The translations under genes and the position numbers were made by a program. A stretch of 64,000 nucleotides of DNA from Owenia fusiformis (taxonomy: Eukaryota): the NCBI GenBank assembly GCA_903813345.2, contig CAIIXF020000001.1, positions 20,150,001-20,214,000 of the forward strand, in the 5' to 3' direction. Shown here piece by piece: positions 1-13,278 of the stretch (position 1 is its first letter; every line of letters starts with the position of its first letter). Below the pieces are notes generated by a model. The model saw only the letters and a program-made list of their open reading frames with translations, did no database searches and was not told where the DNA came from.

Positions 1-227
1 AATGTCCAAAAAGTCTATAACACTACAGGACATAACTCATAAAATGGTTATATAGGTTCACAGTAAAAATTTGAAGTCAGTCTAAACTAACTTGTTAAAT
101 CATTGGAAGTTATAGTAAGAATTTGTTACAGATGCCAAATACCAAAATCCTACTGCTGAATGCCAACCACCGACAAAAAAATTGGAGACTATAACAATAC
201 GTCACCACTGGGGTGACATTATAAAAA
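1..227. mobile_element. Helentron-associated (HINE-like) element, truncated by the window edge
   Basis: Ends in the hairpin gtcacc-actgg-ggtgac plus an A-run, and shares ctgctgaatgcc and ggagactataacaata with other copies. Confidence 0.6.
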
Positions 228-889
228 ATGATATTTTCAATGAGGATAATGAGGCATATGGGAATGTAGGATTAGACATATTCATTTTTTGTAACAATCA
301 GTTACATTCTGGGGAATTCAAGCAAAGACAGATTAATCAAATATGACCAGAGATAGTTGGGGAAATCATGTTACATCAGCCAGTACCCGAAATATCAATT
401 GATTTTTCAACAGAAATAGTTTTTCATATCTTAAAATAATTATCTTGTAAATTAGGATTTATGAGGCTTGCATATGGCATTTATTTCCCTTTAAAGAGAT
501 TGCCATATACAGTATTAGGGATATCATTTAGAATAAAGCTTTTAATGAGAAATCTATATTCAAGATCAATTTATTGTAGACAATGTTAAACATATATACC
601 TTATACTATAGATCAAGGGTTCCAATAAAGAGGAACTTGGGTATGTTAAAATGTATATTTACTTTAATATATGAATCTTGTGGGCTCAATTTGTCATGGG
701 TCTCTTACTGTGCTGTACATATCAATGAAGCCTTTTGATCTCCCCAAGCAAGGACGTGTGCTTTATAGTATAATATGGCTGCCATTTCATATGACAAAAT
801 ATCAGTATGGGAACAAGAAGAAGACAACACTATGTGATGCTCATAGACAAACATTATTCAGTAGTTATTTGTGATATCATATTTCATTG

Positions 890-1550
890 TCAACATATAC
901 AGTAGTGAGCCCTGATAATATATATTAACAAAATTAGCCATGCATAAGTTGGTCATGATAACATATTAACATATAGTTGGTCATGATAATATGTATGAAC
1001 TAATCGTTATATATGTCAACACATACCCTGCATGCAGAGTCTAGTTAAAACTACCCTCTGCCTAGTTAAGACTATATTACAGTTAAGTAGCCCGCCTCTA
1101 CAAGCTATGACATTCCTGGTCATACAGCCCTTTGAACCTCCCATGCTGATCTTTTCTCAACCAGTCAGTGAGCTGGAGGGAACACATACTAAATGCGTGT
1201 GTCAGAGGATATGACCATATATAGAAAGTCGTCCCTATTACGACAACAAACTCTGAATGGCTCGGTGAGTTCAGAGATTTATCGTAAACCGAAAGAGTGA
1301 AGACGAAGCTCTCTTTTAAGGAGCGACGTCGAATGAATGCAAAGGGTAGTCAACACATAGTTGGTCATGATAATATATGTCATCATATAGTTAACCATGA
1401 TAATATATGTCAACAAAACTAGCAAAGATGATATAGATCAACTTATAATAAGCTATGATAACACATCAGGATCTCAACATAAAATTAGCCATAACATATC
1501 AATGTAAAGCTGACCATGCCAACATATTTAGAGGTTATTTGACCATGATG
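890..1550. repeat. Degenerate ~30-bp minisatellite (tagttggtcatgataatatatgtcaacaca), interrupted by an element at 1024-1348
   Basis: Recurrent unit on both sides of the insertion. Confidence 0.7.
1024..1348 (+). mobile_element. Interspersed non-autonomous element, TA|CCCT...AGGG|TA family, copy 1
   Basis: Aligns end to end with 41470-41845 and, inverted, with 35491-35834. A right-end fragment lies at 34685-34734. Confidence 0.8.
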
Positions 1551-2077
1551 TAAAATATGACAAAATTCTATCGATATAGGCAGACCTTGGAAGGCCTATG
1601 TCTTAACAAGATTAAGGGCATATTTCACATCATAGTGACATAACTGATGCATTACATCTCTAATATTACTATAGTTTTATCAAACTGTCAAATATGAGCA
1701 TCTAAAATGTCAAAAGGATACTCAAAATTCAAACGAATTCAAAATGTATTTACCTAATCACATACATCTGTACGGATAAATGCACATATAAGGAATCCAC
1801 CATGCCCTGTTCAGGACACGTAATTTTCAACACTGAACGCTCAATATCTTCGTTATATCAGTAATTTATATGATGTGGAACAGCTTCATCATTGTAATGG
1901 TTTTAAATCACATTGAAATGAATTCGTAAAACTTTAGGTCTAACGGGGATCCCAGTTGGGAATCCCAAAATTCAAAATGAGGTAAGAGAGCTTATCAATA
2001 ATGCAAAAATACTGGTGGATATTGCCCACCTACTTTGCCACCGACTCCCGTACAAATGCTTCATTGGTATGTAAGAC

Positions 2078-2240
2078 ATCAACATAGATGGCTATAACAT
2101 ATGCCAATATAGATGCCATGACAATACATAGATGGCTATAACATATGCCAACATAGATGCCATGCCATGCCATGCCATGCCATGCCATGCCATGCCATGC
2201 CAATACATAGATGGCTACGTATGCCAACATATGTCAATAT
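2078..2240. repeat. Short tandem repeat with (CATGC)n microsatellite
   Basis: acatagatggctataacatatgccaa units, and catgc repeated about 9 times at ~2157-2200. Confidence 0.85.
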
Positions 2241-5200
2241 ATAGTTGCATTTATATTCCTTTATTCAAAGTTTCAGGATTTTCAAGTTTTCTGAAAAAGG
2301 TCAGGCTAAATTCCCATTGACACAATGTTAAAAAATCTTTACAAGTTCATTCACAACTTTAATGTTAAATCACAATCGGCATGTCAACAAGGTCACAAAC
2401 ATGTAGTTACATTCCAATGGCGTTTCACATTAATCCAAATGAAGATACTTGATAAATCAAGAAATTAAGTGACTAATTTTTCTAGTTGTCTACATATTAT
2501 GGAAATTATTCTTGCTCTACCAACACAGATGCTGCCATCTATTTATCCACCAATAGCACATGGCCAATTAAAGCTTTATCCCCCACTATCAACTTTTATT
2601 TGGAATACATGTACTAGCAGAAAAAAATGTACCTGCATGATTGTTTGTGAATGCACTACAGTTAACTATAGGTGATTGTAAAGGGATTCAAATGAATATA
2701 ATTACGGTTAAAAATAAAAATATCAGAAGTGATAGTAGAAATTATAATTTTGCCAATTAAATATACAGTATGTACTCCTTACTACTGAACTGAAATACTA
2801 ATGATGAACTAAGAGCACCTCATTCACAGAATCGCTGAATCATAATATGGAGACTAATTGAATGGATTTGTACTGTCAAAAAGGAGCATCACATAAACAG
2901 GTAAATTAATGTTATATGATACGCATCTTTTTATAGATTGTAATATAGCCTGACTTGCTATATACGTAATATCCAACTATATATAGCGATATTTATTACT
3001 CGGTGTGTTATAATTGTTATCGTGGAAGATTATGGTTATTTATAGATTTGTGGGGAAATAGGAAACTTTAGCTTATTGCATTCTTTACCTTTATAGTACC
3101 TACTGCCTGCTTACTATTCTCATCAAATGCTCCCTATTTGCACCAAATAACGTTAACCATAAGATTGATGCTATAAAAATTTCAGCCAATCTAGGCTCCT
3201 TGAAAGGACGTATGCACATAGAATTTCATATTGACAACTGAGGAGAGTGGCATGCGTGACGTGACGGTGACGTGACGCAGTTGACGTGAAGCAGTTGACG
3301 TGATGGAATCTGTGAATCTGAAGAAATATCTGGATGTAAATAGCTGCATGTCAGTATCTTGGAGTTTGGTTGCTATAGTTACCAGGGATATGTTACCTCC
3401 CTGGAGATCTCTCATCCCATTTTAATTTGCTGTCTGCTATTAAGCCATATTAGTCCTCCATACATCCCATATGTTGAGAAGCAATCCTGTCTTCTTTATA
3501 AAACAAGAGGAGTTCCTGGATTCCATACATAAATCACAACCTTGAGCATATTTGTAAAAATGAAATATATACCCAAGAAGTATTGCTCACCTGGTTGGTG
3601 TTAAACAAAATACACTGTCTACTCTAAACAGCAGGTCTACAACTCCAGTATCTCGAGCCTGGTTTTTACCTTCATTGTAAAGGACATGGCGTGCATTTTT
3701 AAAAATGAGGGTGTTCAATTTAATATAAAAGAGTCAGTTTTTATGAGAGAGTCTTACAGAATCAGAGTGAGATGTTTTGATGCTATGAACTATTTGTATC
3801 AGGCAAATATTCACATTTCATAAAGATTCGCTGTCTTAATATAACTCTGTTTTTCTAACCAAGAGTTCTTCTTGTAGCTATTTTTACTTAAACATTAAAG
3901 GGTTTCTTTCTGTCCTTTATATATTACAAAACTCCTATTGATTTGTATAAGGTATTCCCCTATCATCTATCTAACAGAGTCTGTGTCTTAGGGTATCCAC
4001 CATTTGTATCTAAGTGTTTCTACAATTAACATATCTGACAACCTATTTACCTTGTCTGATGATTGACAGAAGTGTTTCTCCATTCCAGTAGAATTCAAGG
4101 TATCATATATCATTGCTGAAAAGTACATTGAACCTTTATCAACCATAACCACAAGGCAGTATGTATGCCCATCACAGTATAATTGAGAGGCCTCTGTAGC
4201 CAGTTTTTGCTGAGGGGGTTTGATTTTCAAAGGAGTCTAAGGGGAGGGGTCATATTTGACAACTTTGGCCCAATTTTTGCCTCCCTGAATCCCATTGGAA
4301 CATGAATACTACATCTGCATTATCAACACCCCATACACCATGGGCTGCTTGAGATGTTATTAGGTCACAGATTTCTACAAAACCTTAAATTAATCCTTGA
4401 TAATTGATATTCAGAGAAGCCCATGCTCATTAGGCATCAGATATGTTTACAGACAAGTATATAAACAAGATTCCAGGAGTCCAATCAGTGTGTACTGCAA
4501 TAAGACTGCTGATAATAGTCTAATACCAGAGGAACTGAAACAGATATGGTTCACTGGATATAGCAATACCATATCTAATAGACTCCTATCTTGACTCACT
4601 GTCTCATTAATCATGACCCTTTTGACCTCAGTTAAACTTGACATGACTGATTGACATTTGGGAAGTCAGTGATATAAACAAATCTAAATAGTATCTTATC
4701 TTTTAATCAACAAGTTGAGCATAGATGATTCTAAATGCTGGTGCTAAACATTGATTTCTGATATGGTCCCTATAATAGACTGCAACCTACTCCAATGACG
4801 AAAGAACCATTTATTAGTTAAAAAAACTGCATAAGATAGCTGCTAGGTCATCTCAGGCCATGGTACACCTACGCACCCACACAGTCAACATGGCAATTTA
4901 TTAGAAAATAATATCAAAGGGACATCACTTTGAGGTCATTTCCCCATTGATCAATGGACCATCAATTAGGAAGCTTTGCAAACATGAAGGAACAACTCCC
5001 AGCACAAAGGCAGAAGATATGAAAAGTACATTATAATCAAAGAGAAATGTATTTAATTAATATCTGGATAATACTGATTGGTTTATTCATTGTTATAGAT
5101 GGCGCATGAATAAGCTTTGAGATGAAGACCCAAGAAATTCTAAGACGTTCTATAAGCTAGACTCAATCGAATAATGAGCTAAAGGACAGAGTTCTAATTC

Positions 5201-6142
5201 ATATTTTAAGACACCCAGTTTGCTCTATTACTTAAACCATGTAAGACAATTCATTGTCGTGATGATTTACTTAAAGAGCCGAGTGATAAATGCTATCCTT
5301 GTGCTTTGATGATCATTTGTCAAATCAAGAGTAAAAAGTTGGCATCATGTTAAACTGTGAGCAATATAAATTACGCTTGATTTTTAGTTGTTCACTTTCA
5401 TAATGAGATCAAGAAAATATACCACAGATCTTATTCCAGGATATCTAATTACCTAGGTTTTATACAGGATTTCTGGTCATGCAGTTCTCTTCATCTTTTA
5501 TTAACAAATATGCCACTCATATGTTCTCATGAGCTACTCATTTTGAGTACATTTATTGTAATAGTGACAAGCTATACTCATATGTTAATCGTAACTTTAG
5601 TAACGATTGATGGGTGAAAATGGAGTTAAGAAAATGAAAAACCAGTAGATGATCCTCTATTATATGTACTTTGCTATTATATGTACTTTGCTAATTTATA
5701 TGTACTTCTTGAAATCCTTGATATAAGGGATGCAGCAATGTCCATCAAGAAAAATATGTCAATTTCATTTGATGACCGGAGAAGGTAAAATACTATTAAA
5801 TGATATTTTTCTGAATGATCCCATATATTCTGATCAGATTAAGTAGAGAAAATGGTATATTTTACACGGGGGTAAAGCAGACCCGATGATGCAATGAGCT
5901 TGCTCGGCGGTATCATGACTGTGTAACGGGTCTTAATGTATAAGTGTGCTCGGCGGTAGGTTCAAACAACGCGGATCCTCAAAGCATGTGCTCATGGTAT
6001 ATTTGTGTTTTAACACTCGTGTTTTAGAGAGATGAAATCGAAATGGATCCTTGATATTTTAATGTGTTCCTTTAAATTTGCCCCACCTTTTTGTATTCTG
6101 ACTTCACCCCTGTCTAAAGGAAAGAAACAGTGCACTACTTAC

Positions 6143-6206
6143 ATGAAGTGTATTCCTGAAGCTGATGGAATTCTGCCGGCGATAAATTCTGCCATTTGAA
6201 CGCCAT
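6143..6206 (-). CDS. DGKB: Type I diacylglycerol kinase (DGK alpha/beta/gamma family), first coding exon, partial
   Basis: ATG at 6206 gives MAFKWQNLSPAEFHQLQEYTS plus 1 nt, then a GTAAGT donor (phase 1). Closely resembles the DGK-beta N-terminus KWAHLSPSEFSQLQKYAEY (DAG_kinase_N). The whole exon is 6143-6294, with a ttatttctag acceptor. The next exon was not found in 1-6142. The exact paralogue name is uncertain. Confidence 0.88.
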
Positions 6207-7210
6207 CGTCAGGTATAATTGTGGCCGACCAACGGAATGGTAAGCATCAAACTGAATATGTCAACTCCTTCACATCATTAAATAGATACCAATCCTAGAA
6301 ATAATAAACAATGAACATATAAATAAAATGATAAGATATACTACAATGCCAGATGGTATACCATGCATAAAAAGCAAAATAGCATATTACGTAGTCAGTT
6401 AACATCTTTAGACATTATCAATGACTTTTAATCTACCTCTGAGTAAACCATGATTCATCTCTCAAAATATATGTATATGCAATCTCACCATCTTTGCATT
6501 TTTTCATATTTAACATTATTGATTCAGAATGTGTTAATGAAAGGTGAAAATCAAGCATTATTGACACTGAAGATATATCAGAATCAACAGCTTTCTTATA
6601 TCATATTTTACGTCTTCAAAATATTAAGAAGCCTAGACTTTACTGTTGAGATCTTGAAGAAACTAGATTCAGATATATACAGAATTCTAAAGAAGCCATA
6701 AGTCTATAAAATCCAGCCCTGGATATGTAATATTTGAAGTATGGCAATACTGACGTCATACTTCTATTGACATTGGTTAAATGGAATATTGCCTTATAGT
6801 GTATAGACACATCTCTCTATGATCAACCGGGGAATATTGTGGATATTCCTAGTCTATAGTAGGCTGGAAATAACCAGCATATTTCCATAGGAAGAACATC
6901 CAATTTCCATGATTTTACCATCTATACAATGCCCTATCCACCTATTTTACTTGTGACATTAGCTAAAAATGATAAGGCTGGGGAGAGGGATCTATTCCTC
7001 ATTAATTGAACAAAGTCAGAATATATCGCTGCATATGGACAATTTATGATGAAATTATCGTGATTTGCATCAAATATGTTCAATATAATTCTGATGAATA
7101 TTCTTGCTCTGATTTTGCTCTCATGACTATGTCCAGCACCTTTTTTGAAATAATATGGCAACGTATATTGATATCATAATGCATTAACTATTTGCCTTGG
7201 GAATATAGCA

Positions 7211-7372
7211 GATAAATAAGGGTTATGTACTGGGAGGTTTTGGATATGGATTTTATCAAGAGAGAGATACACATATGTACCTGGGGGACTGTAGGGATCG
7301 AAGGTAGATACACATATCTCCCAAGGAATGAACCCTATTTCCAAACCGACCGTACATAACTGCTTTATCCTA
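7211..7372. repeat. Degenerate palindromic element
   Basis: gataaa..gttatgtac..tttgga..gagat ... atctc..tccaaa..gtacataac..tttatc. Confidence 0.5.
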
Positions 7373-8851
7373 TACCCAGTAGCTTTCTAAAAAAATTTGC
7401 ATTTAGGATAAATGTAAATATGTCCAAGGATGCACCCTATATCTAAAATTCAACTAAAGAGGGCACATCACAATTTTATCAAGCAAAACACCACCAAAAT
7501 CCAACAAGATGAGAACATATAAAGTTGATTTATATGGTATTGGGTGAGTCGGAGTCCATTTATATCTCCCTCAGGATAAATTCTATATAAAAACCTTTTA
7601 TTACATCACCCTCATTTATTCAATGGTTTTGAGGCAATAAAGGAAGATTCAGAGACTACAAAGTTTAGTTGGCAATATCTGATGCATAAATACCCTTATA
7701 AAAGAGAGTAATGTCAAGGCAATGTATAATCATAATGGTTACGGGACCAATATAGATGGCGCATCATTCATAAGTTGTTCTCCATCCTCGCTCCATTGGT
7801 TTATGTTCAAAAATGTAGAGAGACTTGAACTACATGTACATTAATCAAATTAATATTAATTACTCAATTATAACGTGTAATGTGTCAGATGATTCAATAT
7901 CATGTGATTTATAGACAATATCAATATCATCTACTTTTGAGATTTTTGACAGTCTTTGAGGCAATTAGGCCTAAATTACTGAAAATTATCAACACCATTC
8001 AAGAATATTGTTTAATTGCACAACGTTTCATGTATAGTTCAATTATGAAAACATCAACTCCCTGAATAATAAGCTGTGGCCTGATACTGCTAAGCATACA
8101 AGTATGAATACCTGCATAGTTCTTATTGGATGTAACAATGTAGGGGGTAATTAGTAAATACAAATGAATAAACAATATAAATTGGAAAATGCAATAAATT
8201 ATGCATGAAATATCTGTCTAGTATTAATTAATATTGCCATAAGCTAACCTCATTATAATCTTCAACATATAGCTATTCAAGATGTTACATTTTCTAGTCA
8301 AAAAGAAATATGTTTCTAATGAAAATGCTTTTGCCAAACTAACCCATATGTTACCAACCTGTATGGTTGGTAATTTCCAGCTATTTACTCAATGCAATAT
8401 GCAACATAACATCTGAAAATTCCTTATCATATGTAACACATTACTGACAATGAAATGTTATGTTCTTTCAGTGCTTTGTAACTTTAAGTATATTTGTTTA
8501 TATCTATACTGGTATTAAGCAATATAAATCCTAGAATCGGTCTGATGGTTGTTGTCAGCCTAAGTGTTCAGCTGGACCAATAAAAGTTGAAAAAGCATGG
8601 TCTGTTATGTCTGACCACACAGTTCAAAATCAGAAGCAAAATAATAAAATGATTAGCCCTGTTACTGATGTGCTTGAGCATCACTAGCTTTAATGAAACT
8701 TAAACCTCATAAAATTGTGACAAAATGACCCATTTACATGAATTCCCCATCCTTGCAGCAAGGGTATATAGTATTTTAAGCATAAATGAAGTCCTTTGAA
8801 GAAGAATGGAATGCCTCAATGCATGATGATCTCATTGATAACATAAGGCAT

Positions 8852-8995
8852 TAACAAGCAAAATGTCACAACAGATATCAACTGCAGAACATTATTACAG
8901 GCACCTACTGCCAAACACCAACTGCTGAATGCCATCCACAAAAAAAGATGGAGACTATAACAATATGTCACAACTTCTGTTGGTGACATAAAAAA
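8852..8995. mobile_element. HINE-like repeat family copy
   Basis: taacaagcaaaatgtcac ... aacaatatgtcac..ggtgacataaaaaa. Further copies at 19034-19124, 25477-25600 and 48311-48525. Confidence 0.65.
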
Positions 8996-9239
8996 CTATG
9001 TGGCATATTGTGTATATTGTGGTTTCAACAGCCTCTATCTTAGGGAGAGATCTCTCACAAGATTAAATGAAGAAGAGGGACTCTGATGAATCAGAATGGG
9101 TTGAATTGAATTTGTACTCTTACACTTATAATCATATTAGCTTGCATACAGACATCATGTACTTGCAGGTTACAAAGCCATTCTACTCTGTCTACCTTAA
9201 TTACTGCAAATTCTGATAGGCCTAAAATACAATTAAATA

Positions 9240-10352
9240 ACTGGAATTCGAACATGACTGTATACACGCCTTCTATAAACTGTAAACAAAGTCAACATTT
9301 CTCCCGGGGTATATTCGCGAACAATACCCCTAGTAATACCATTCTCAAAATTCATTTCGTTCGTTGCGTACCTTCACTACCTCTCTGACGTTGTTAAAAT
9401 AGTTCTAAAATTCCCGGGGCACGATCTTAGAAAGCTTCAGAAATTAGTACTTTCTTTATTACGAAATCAACAACGCCAAAACTTTAACATTCCATTAATC
9501 AGAACGTTTACAAATGATTTTACTATTGAAATTGGTAATCAATGCTGTATTTAATGTGTTTTTAGGTAAAAATCTCCGCGGAGCAACAAATTGTAAAATG
9601 TCAAGATCGATAATCACTGGGTTCGACATTACTACACGATTTCAAGATGGCGGTGTCAAAATTTTCCAAAATCGCTTCAAATAATATTATGTTAATTTCT
9701 GGCGAGTTCACCAATATCATAACGTGTTATCTAACAACAAGATAAAAAAATATGTAAGAAATTCAATTTTATCGATTAAAACATTACATCGACATGTGGT
9801 TTTCGTTTATTAGACGATTAAAATTACGAATATGGGGATGACGTCACTTCAAAACGAACTGCATAGCAACGGTGTTAATAAACAATTTCTGACCTTGCAA
9901 ATTCCTAAGTATTCATTTTTAACGAATTGTTACGAATTACTTAATATTTTTCTTATGAATGAATTCTTACTACATTAGAAATAAACATTATATAAAATAT
10001 AATGAATAAAATTAGTAGCAAACGCAAACAAATATATTTTTTGAAGCAGGTCAAAATATTTAGAAGGGTAAATTTCGCGGGAATTTAAAGATCTGCATGA
10101 GGTAAGGCACAGGAGGTACGGATGGCACTGGACGAAAGGCTCGGAGACTGTAGTAATACGTGTAATGTGTGACGTCATAACTGCGGGTCGTAGTAATGGC
10201 GGACCATAATGAATATTCGAAACATTTTGGTGAGTTTTCATGTTCGAATCGTAATACAGACCTCAGAGCAGGTGTAATATCGTCGAATACACCTAGCCCT
10301 GCGGGCTGTATTCGACAATATTACCCCTGCTCTTCGGTCTATATTTCTTAAA
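9240..10352. mobile_element. CpG-rich non-autonomous element ending in a long hairpin (Crypton-like architecture)
   Basis: Inverted repeat ttcgaacatga (9247-9257) / tcatgttcgaa (10238-10248). Terminal 25/27 stem at ~10265-10333 followed by tatttcttaaat. Family assignment is inference. Confidence 0.5.
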
Positions 10353-12335
10353 TATAACATGTGGGTGTGAATGCAACACTACTTATCTTGAGAGGGCATA
10401 GGAAAATAGAAGCTGACAATACCAATCGAATGACACAGAGTTATTATGTCTTCAAGATCCATAAAGAACTTGATGTCACACCCACACCCTATCCAAGAAT
10501 CAGGCGAAACCATCAACAGTTTATTAATATCTTTTCACATGGTGGGAGTACATCCTTTTAAATTACATAACTTGTTATTTCACCACATGCTGTAGTGCTA
10601 TATATACTTCACATACTGTATAGTACATGTATATATACATAACAGGTGGATCTGATTATTCATCATTTTTAGAATGATGAATAGTGGTATACATTTCCAT
10701 CATTTTTATACTGTAGACTTTGATATATTACAAGCTTATGATAGACATGATAGTTTATGATAGACATTTCATATCAGCTACATGATATATTATTCACCAA
10801 ATGAAACAGTACAACTACAATTGAATCTGATATAATAAGAGCTCACAGCCCCGCCAAGGACCCACTGCCCCACCAATTTCTTGAAAATTTGGAACTTGGA
10901 AATGTGAGCCAGAAATCAACAAATCTCTATGGTGATTCCTGAAGACATGATGACTTCCATTTTACTTTTTATTTCAAATTCAAAATCATATTATGAAAAC
11001 CGGAAATACAATAAATTAATTTAAGATTTTAAGTGATTTACACGTTTTGCCACATTTACTTTTGGTTTTAAAAAGTTTTAAAAACAATTATGGAGAAACA
11101 TACTATTGGCTGCCATTTTGAATGTCAAAGATGTTAAAATGTCATCATTCTTGTATCATTGTTTCAATCCCTCTGGATTCTCTTGAAAATCATTAGACAT
11201 CACTAACTTCCAAATAAACATTTTATCTCTAAATGTATGTAAGTAAATATCTGGCAATTTCTTCAATACCTGTAATGCTAAAAGAAGCTGTTTGAGCATC
11301 GAATTTGAATTTAATGTGGGCCAACATGACAGTTTTCATTTAATCATTCTAAGGCCTAAATTTTGCACTAGAAAATGCTATTCAAAGGCCTAAATTTAGC
11401 ATTAAAAAGCCAAATCATTGTAGCAATTTATGTGCATAATGTAAAGCAGCATAAAGCATGACATTAGATTTTAACAAGGAATTATTTCTTATACATTCCT
11501 TTCCTTCCTTGTATATATAAGAATAATACATACATTTTGAATATATTTGTTTAAAGTTATTTCAATTACATTTTCAGATATAAAAATCTATTAATGAATG
11601 GAACATTTATTTCAGCTTTTGTGATATATGATTAAGTGATGTCACAGGTACAATGTGTAATGGTACATGTTCTAATATATCAAACAATACCTATAAATAG
11701 GGAATGTGTGTTAAGTATACACTTGGGAATAGGAGCTCAGTTCCCTCACCCTACATGCCCTTATCATTTAATGCCATATACATAAAAAATAAAACCCTTT
11801 TACTAAGGATCATACACGCTGTAATTTGGGAGAAAAATAGATGTACATAATTAGGCATTTGCATGAAAAATCGTTGAATGTATTTTGATTTTAAGTTGGT
11901 GAAAACTACTATATGATAACCTTTAAGCAAAAGTACTCATCTTAACTTGACTTCATTATTTCATCTTTCCTTGGATTTGTATATGGAAGGGCTGCCATAT
12001 CGAATATTTGTTAATTTTATCTGGTGAGATGCTATTTCATTAGTTTTCTGCTATCGTATCATATATATAATATGTTGTGGATCAATCATCAATTATTGAG
12101 ATCCTTTTCTATCCATCTCTTATTTTCTACATGTAATGTTAATGCATCAGAAATCATTAATACATTGGGATGATTATTCTCTATGTAGCTATCTATCTAA
12201 TAATAAACATGTTGAAATGAAAGCTCTTGTGCTATAGTACTATCATCTTCTTTTGTCTCCATGATTCTCAACAATTTTAAGATATTGTGGTACTCCTACT
12301 AAACTTTACATTTTCATTTACTAGTTTCATCTTCA

Positions 12336-12506
12336 TTTTTATCGTATGACCTGTAAAATGAAGCCTTCTGATTGGTCAGTTCTTGTGCTGTACCAATTTG
12401 TATTGCTACTGAGATTGTCCCCGTTGATCATCTCCGTCGCAATACAGAAAATATTGGTACGGAGGGGACAATCTCAGTAGCAATACTGAGGATCACACGA
12501 TAAAAA
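12336..12506. repeat. Palindromic MITE with a perfect 23-bp internal stem
   Basis: gtattgctactgagattgtcccc (12400-12422) pairs with ggggacaatctcagtagcaatac (12464-12486); outer IR ttttatcgt...acgataaaa. Confidence 0.8.
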
Positions 12507-12507
12507 C

Positions 12508-12645
12508 GTTATTGAATGATTTGAAGTGCAATACAGGATATATTCTGTCTCAATATTCTGTATTGGCACTCGATTTCGTCTCGTTCCAATACGGAATTTC
12601 TCGAGCAGAATATATCCTGTATTATACTTCAAATCATTCAATAAC
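12508..12645. repeat. 138-bp near-perfect palindrome (Crypton-MITE-like)
   Basis: gttattgaatgatttgaagt...acttcaaatcattcaataac, with ~60-bp arms and a ctcgatttcgtctcg loop. Confidence 0.85.
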
Positions 12646-12848
12646 TTATAATATTTTAGTCTAAGATGTTCCCCTGATATGAGAAGAAAGATGTCCTGGT
12701 TTACAAGGATAATTACTGTTAATATATATTATATATTCACAATATGAATGAATTTAATCTGATAATACTAACCATTAGCTTTCTATATGAAGTACCAAAT
12801 ACAAGTTAAGATTGGCATTTTAAATGTATACAGTAGAACAAATACTGT

Positions 12849-12956
12849 TACAGTAAAACCTGTATATGTTAACAGTTAACACCTCTCTTAACATCTGCCA
12901 ATCTCAATACTTTTTGCCAGTCCCAGTTGTATGCAAATTCAACAGGTTTTACTGTA
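12849..12956. mobile_element. Short pogo/Tigger-like MITE
   Basis: tacagtaaaacctgt ... acaggttttactgta with TA flanks. Confidence 0.75.
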
Positions 12957-13278
12957 CATGTCTTCTTACATGGACAGACCAAATATATGACAAATGAAGA
13001 AATGATATCCAATGTACCTTTCAAATGATATTAGTCATCTCTTCCTTTAATAATCTAGCCATTCTTGTGATATTCAATAAAATAAGCAAGTATGATATTA
13101 TTAAATCCTACAACTTGGTCCTGGAGATTTTGTAAAACAGATAACGCAATATTTTTATATTTTCCAACCATGGCTGGTAACCTTTGTCATTGACCTCAAC
13201 AAAGTCATGGCCATGCGTATTGACCCAAACTCAATCAGACGATTGTCTATATAAGTCATTAGTAGAGATGTTGCAGCC

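Noticed and set aside
1-6142. Second coding exon of DGK (expected YSxKKLKDVL-like)
   Set aside because: No matching minus-strand exon was found by eye; it probably lies beyond the window start.
6750-7170. Possible LINE C-terminal remnant (NFIINCPY)
   Set aside because: Only a short motif resemblance; not supportable.
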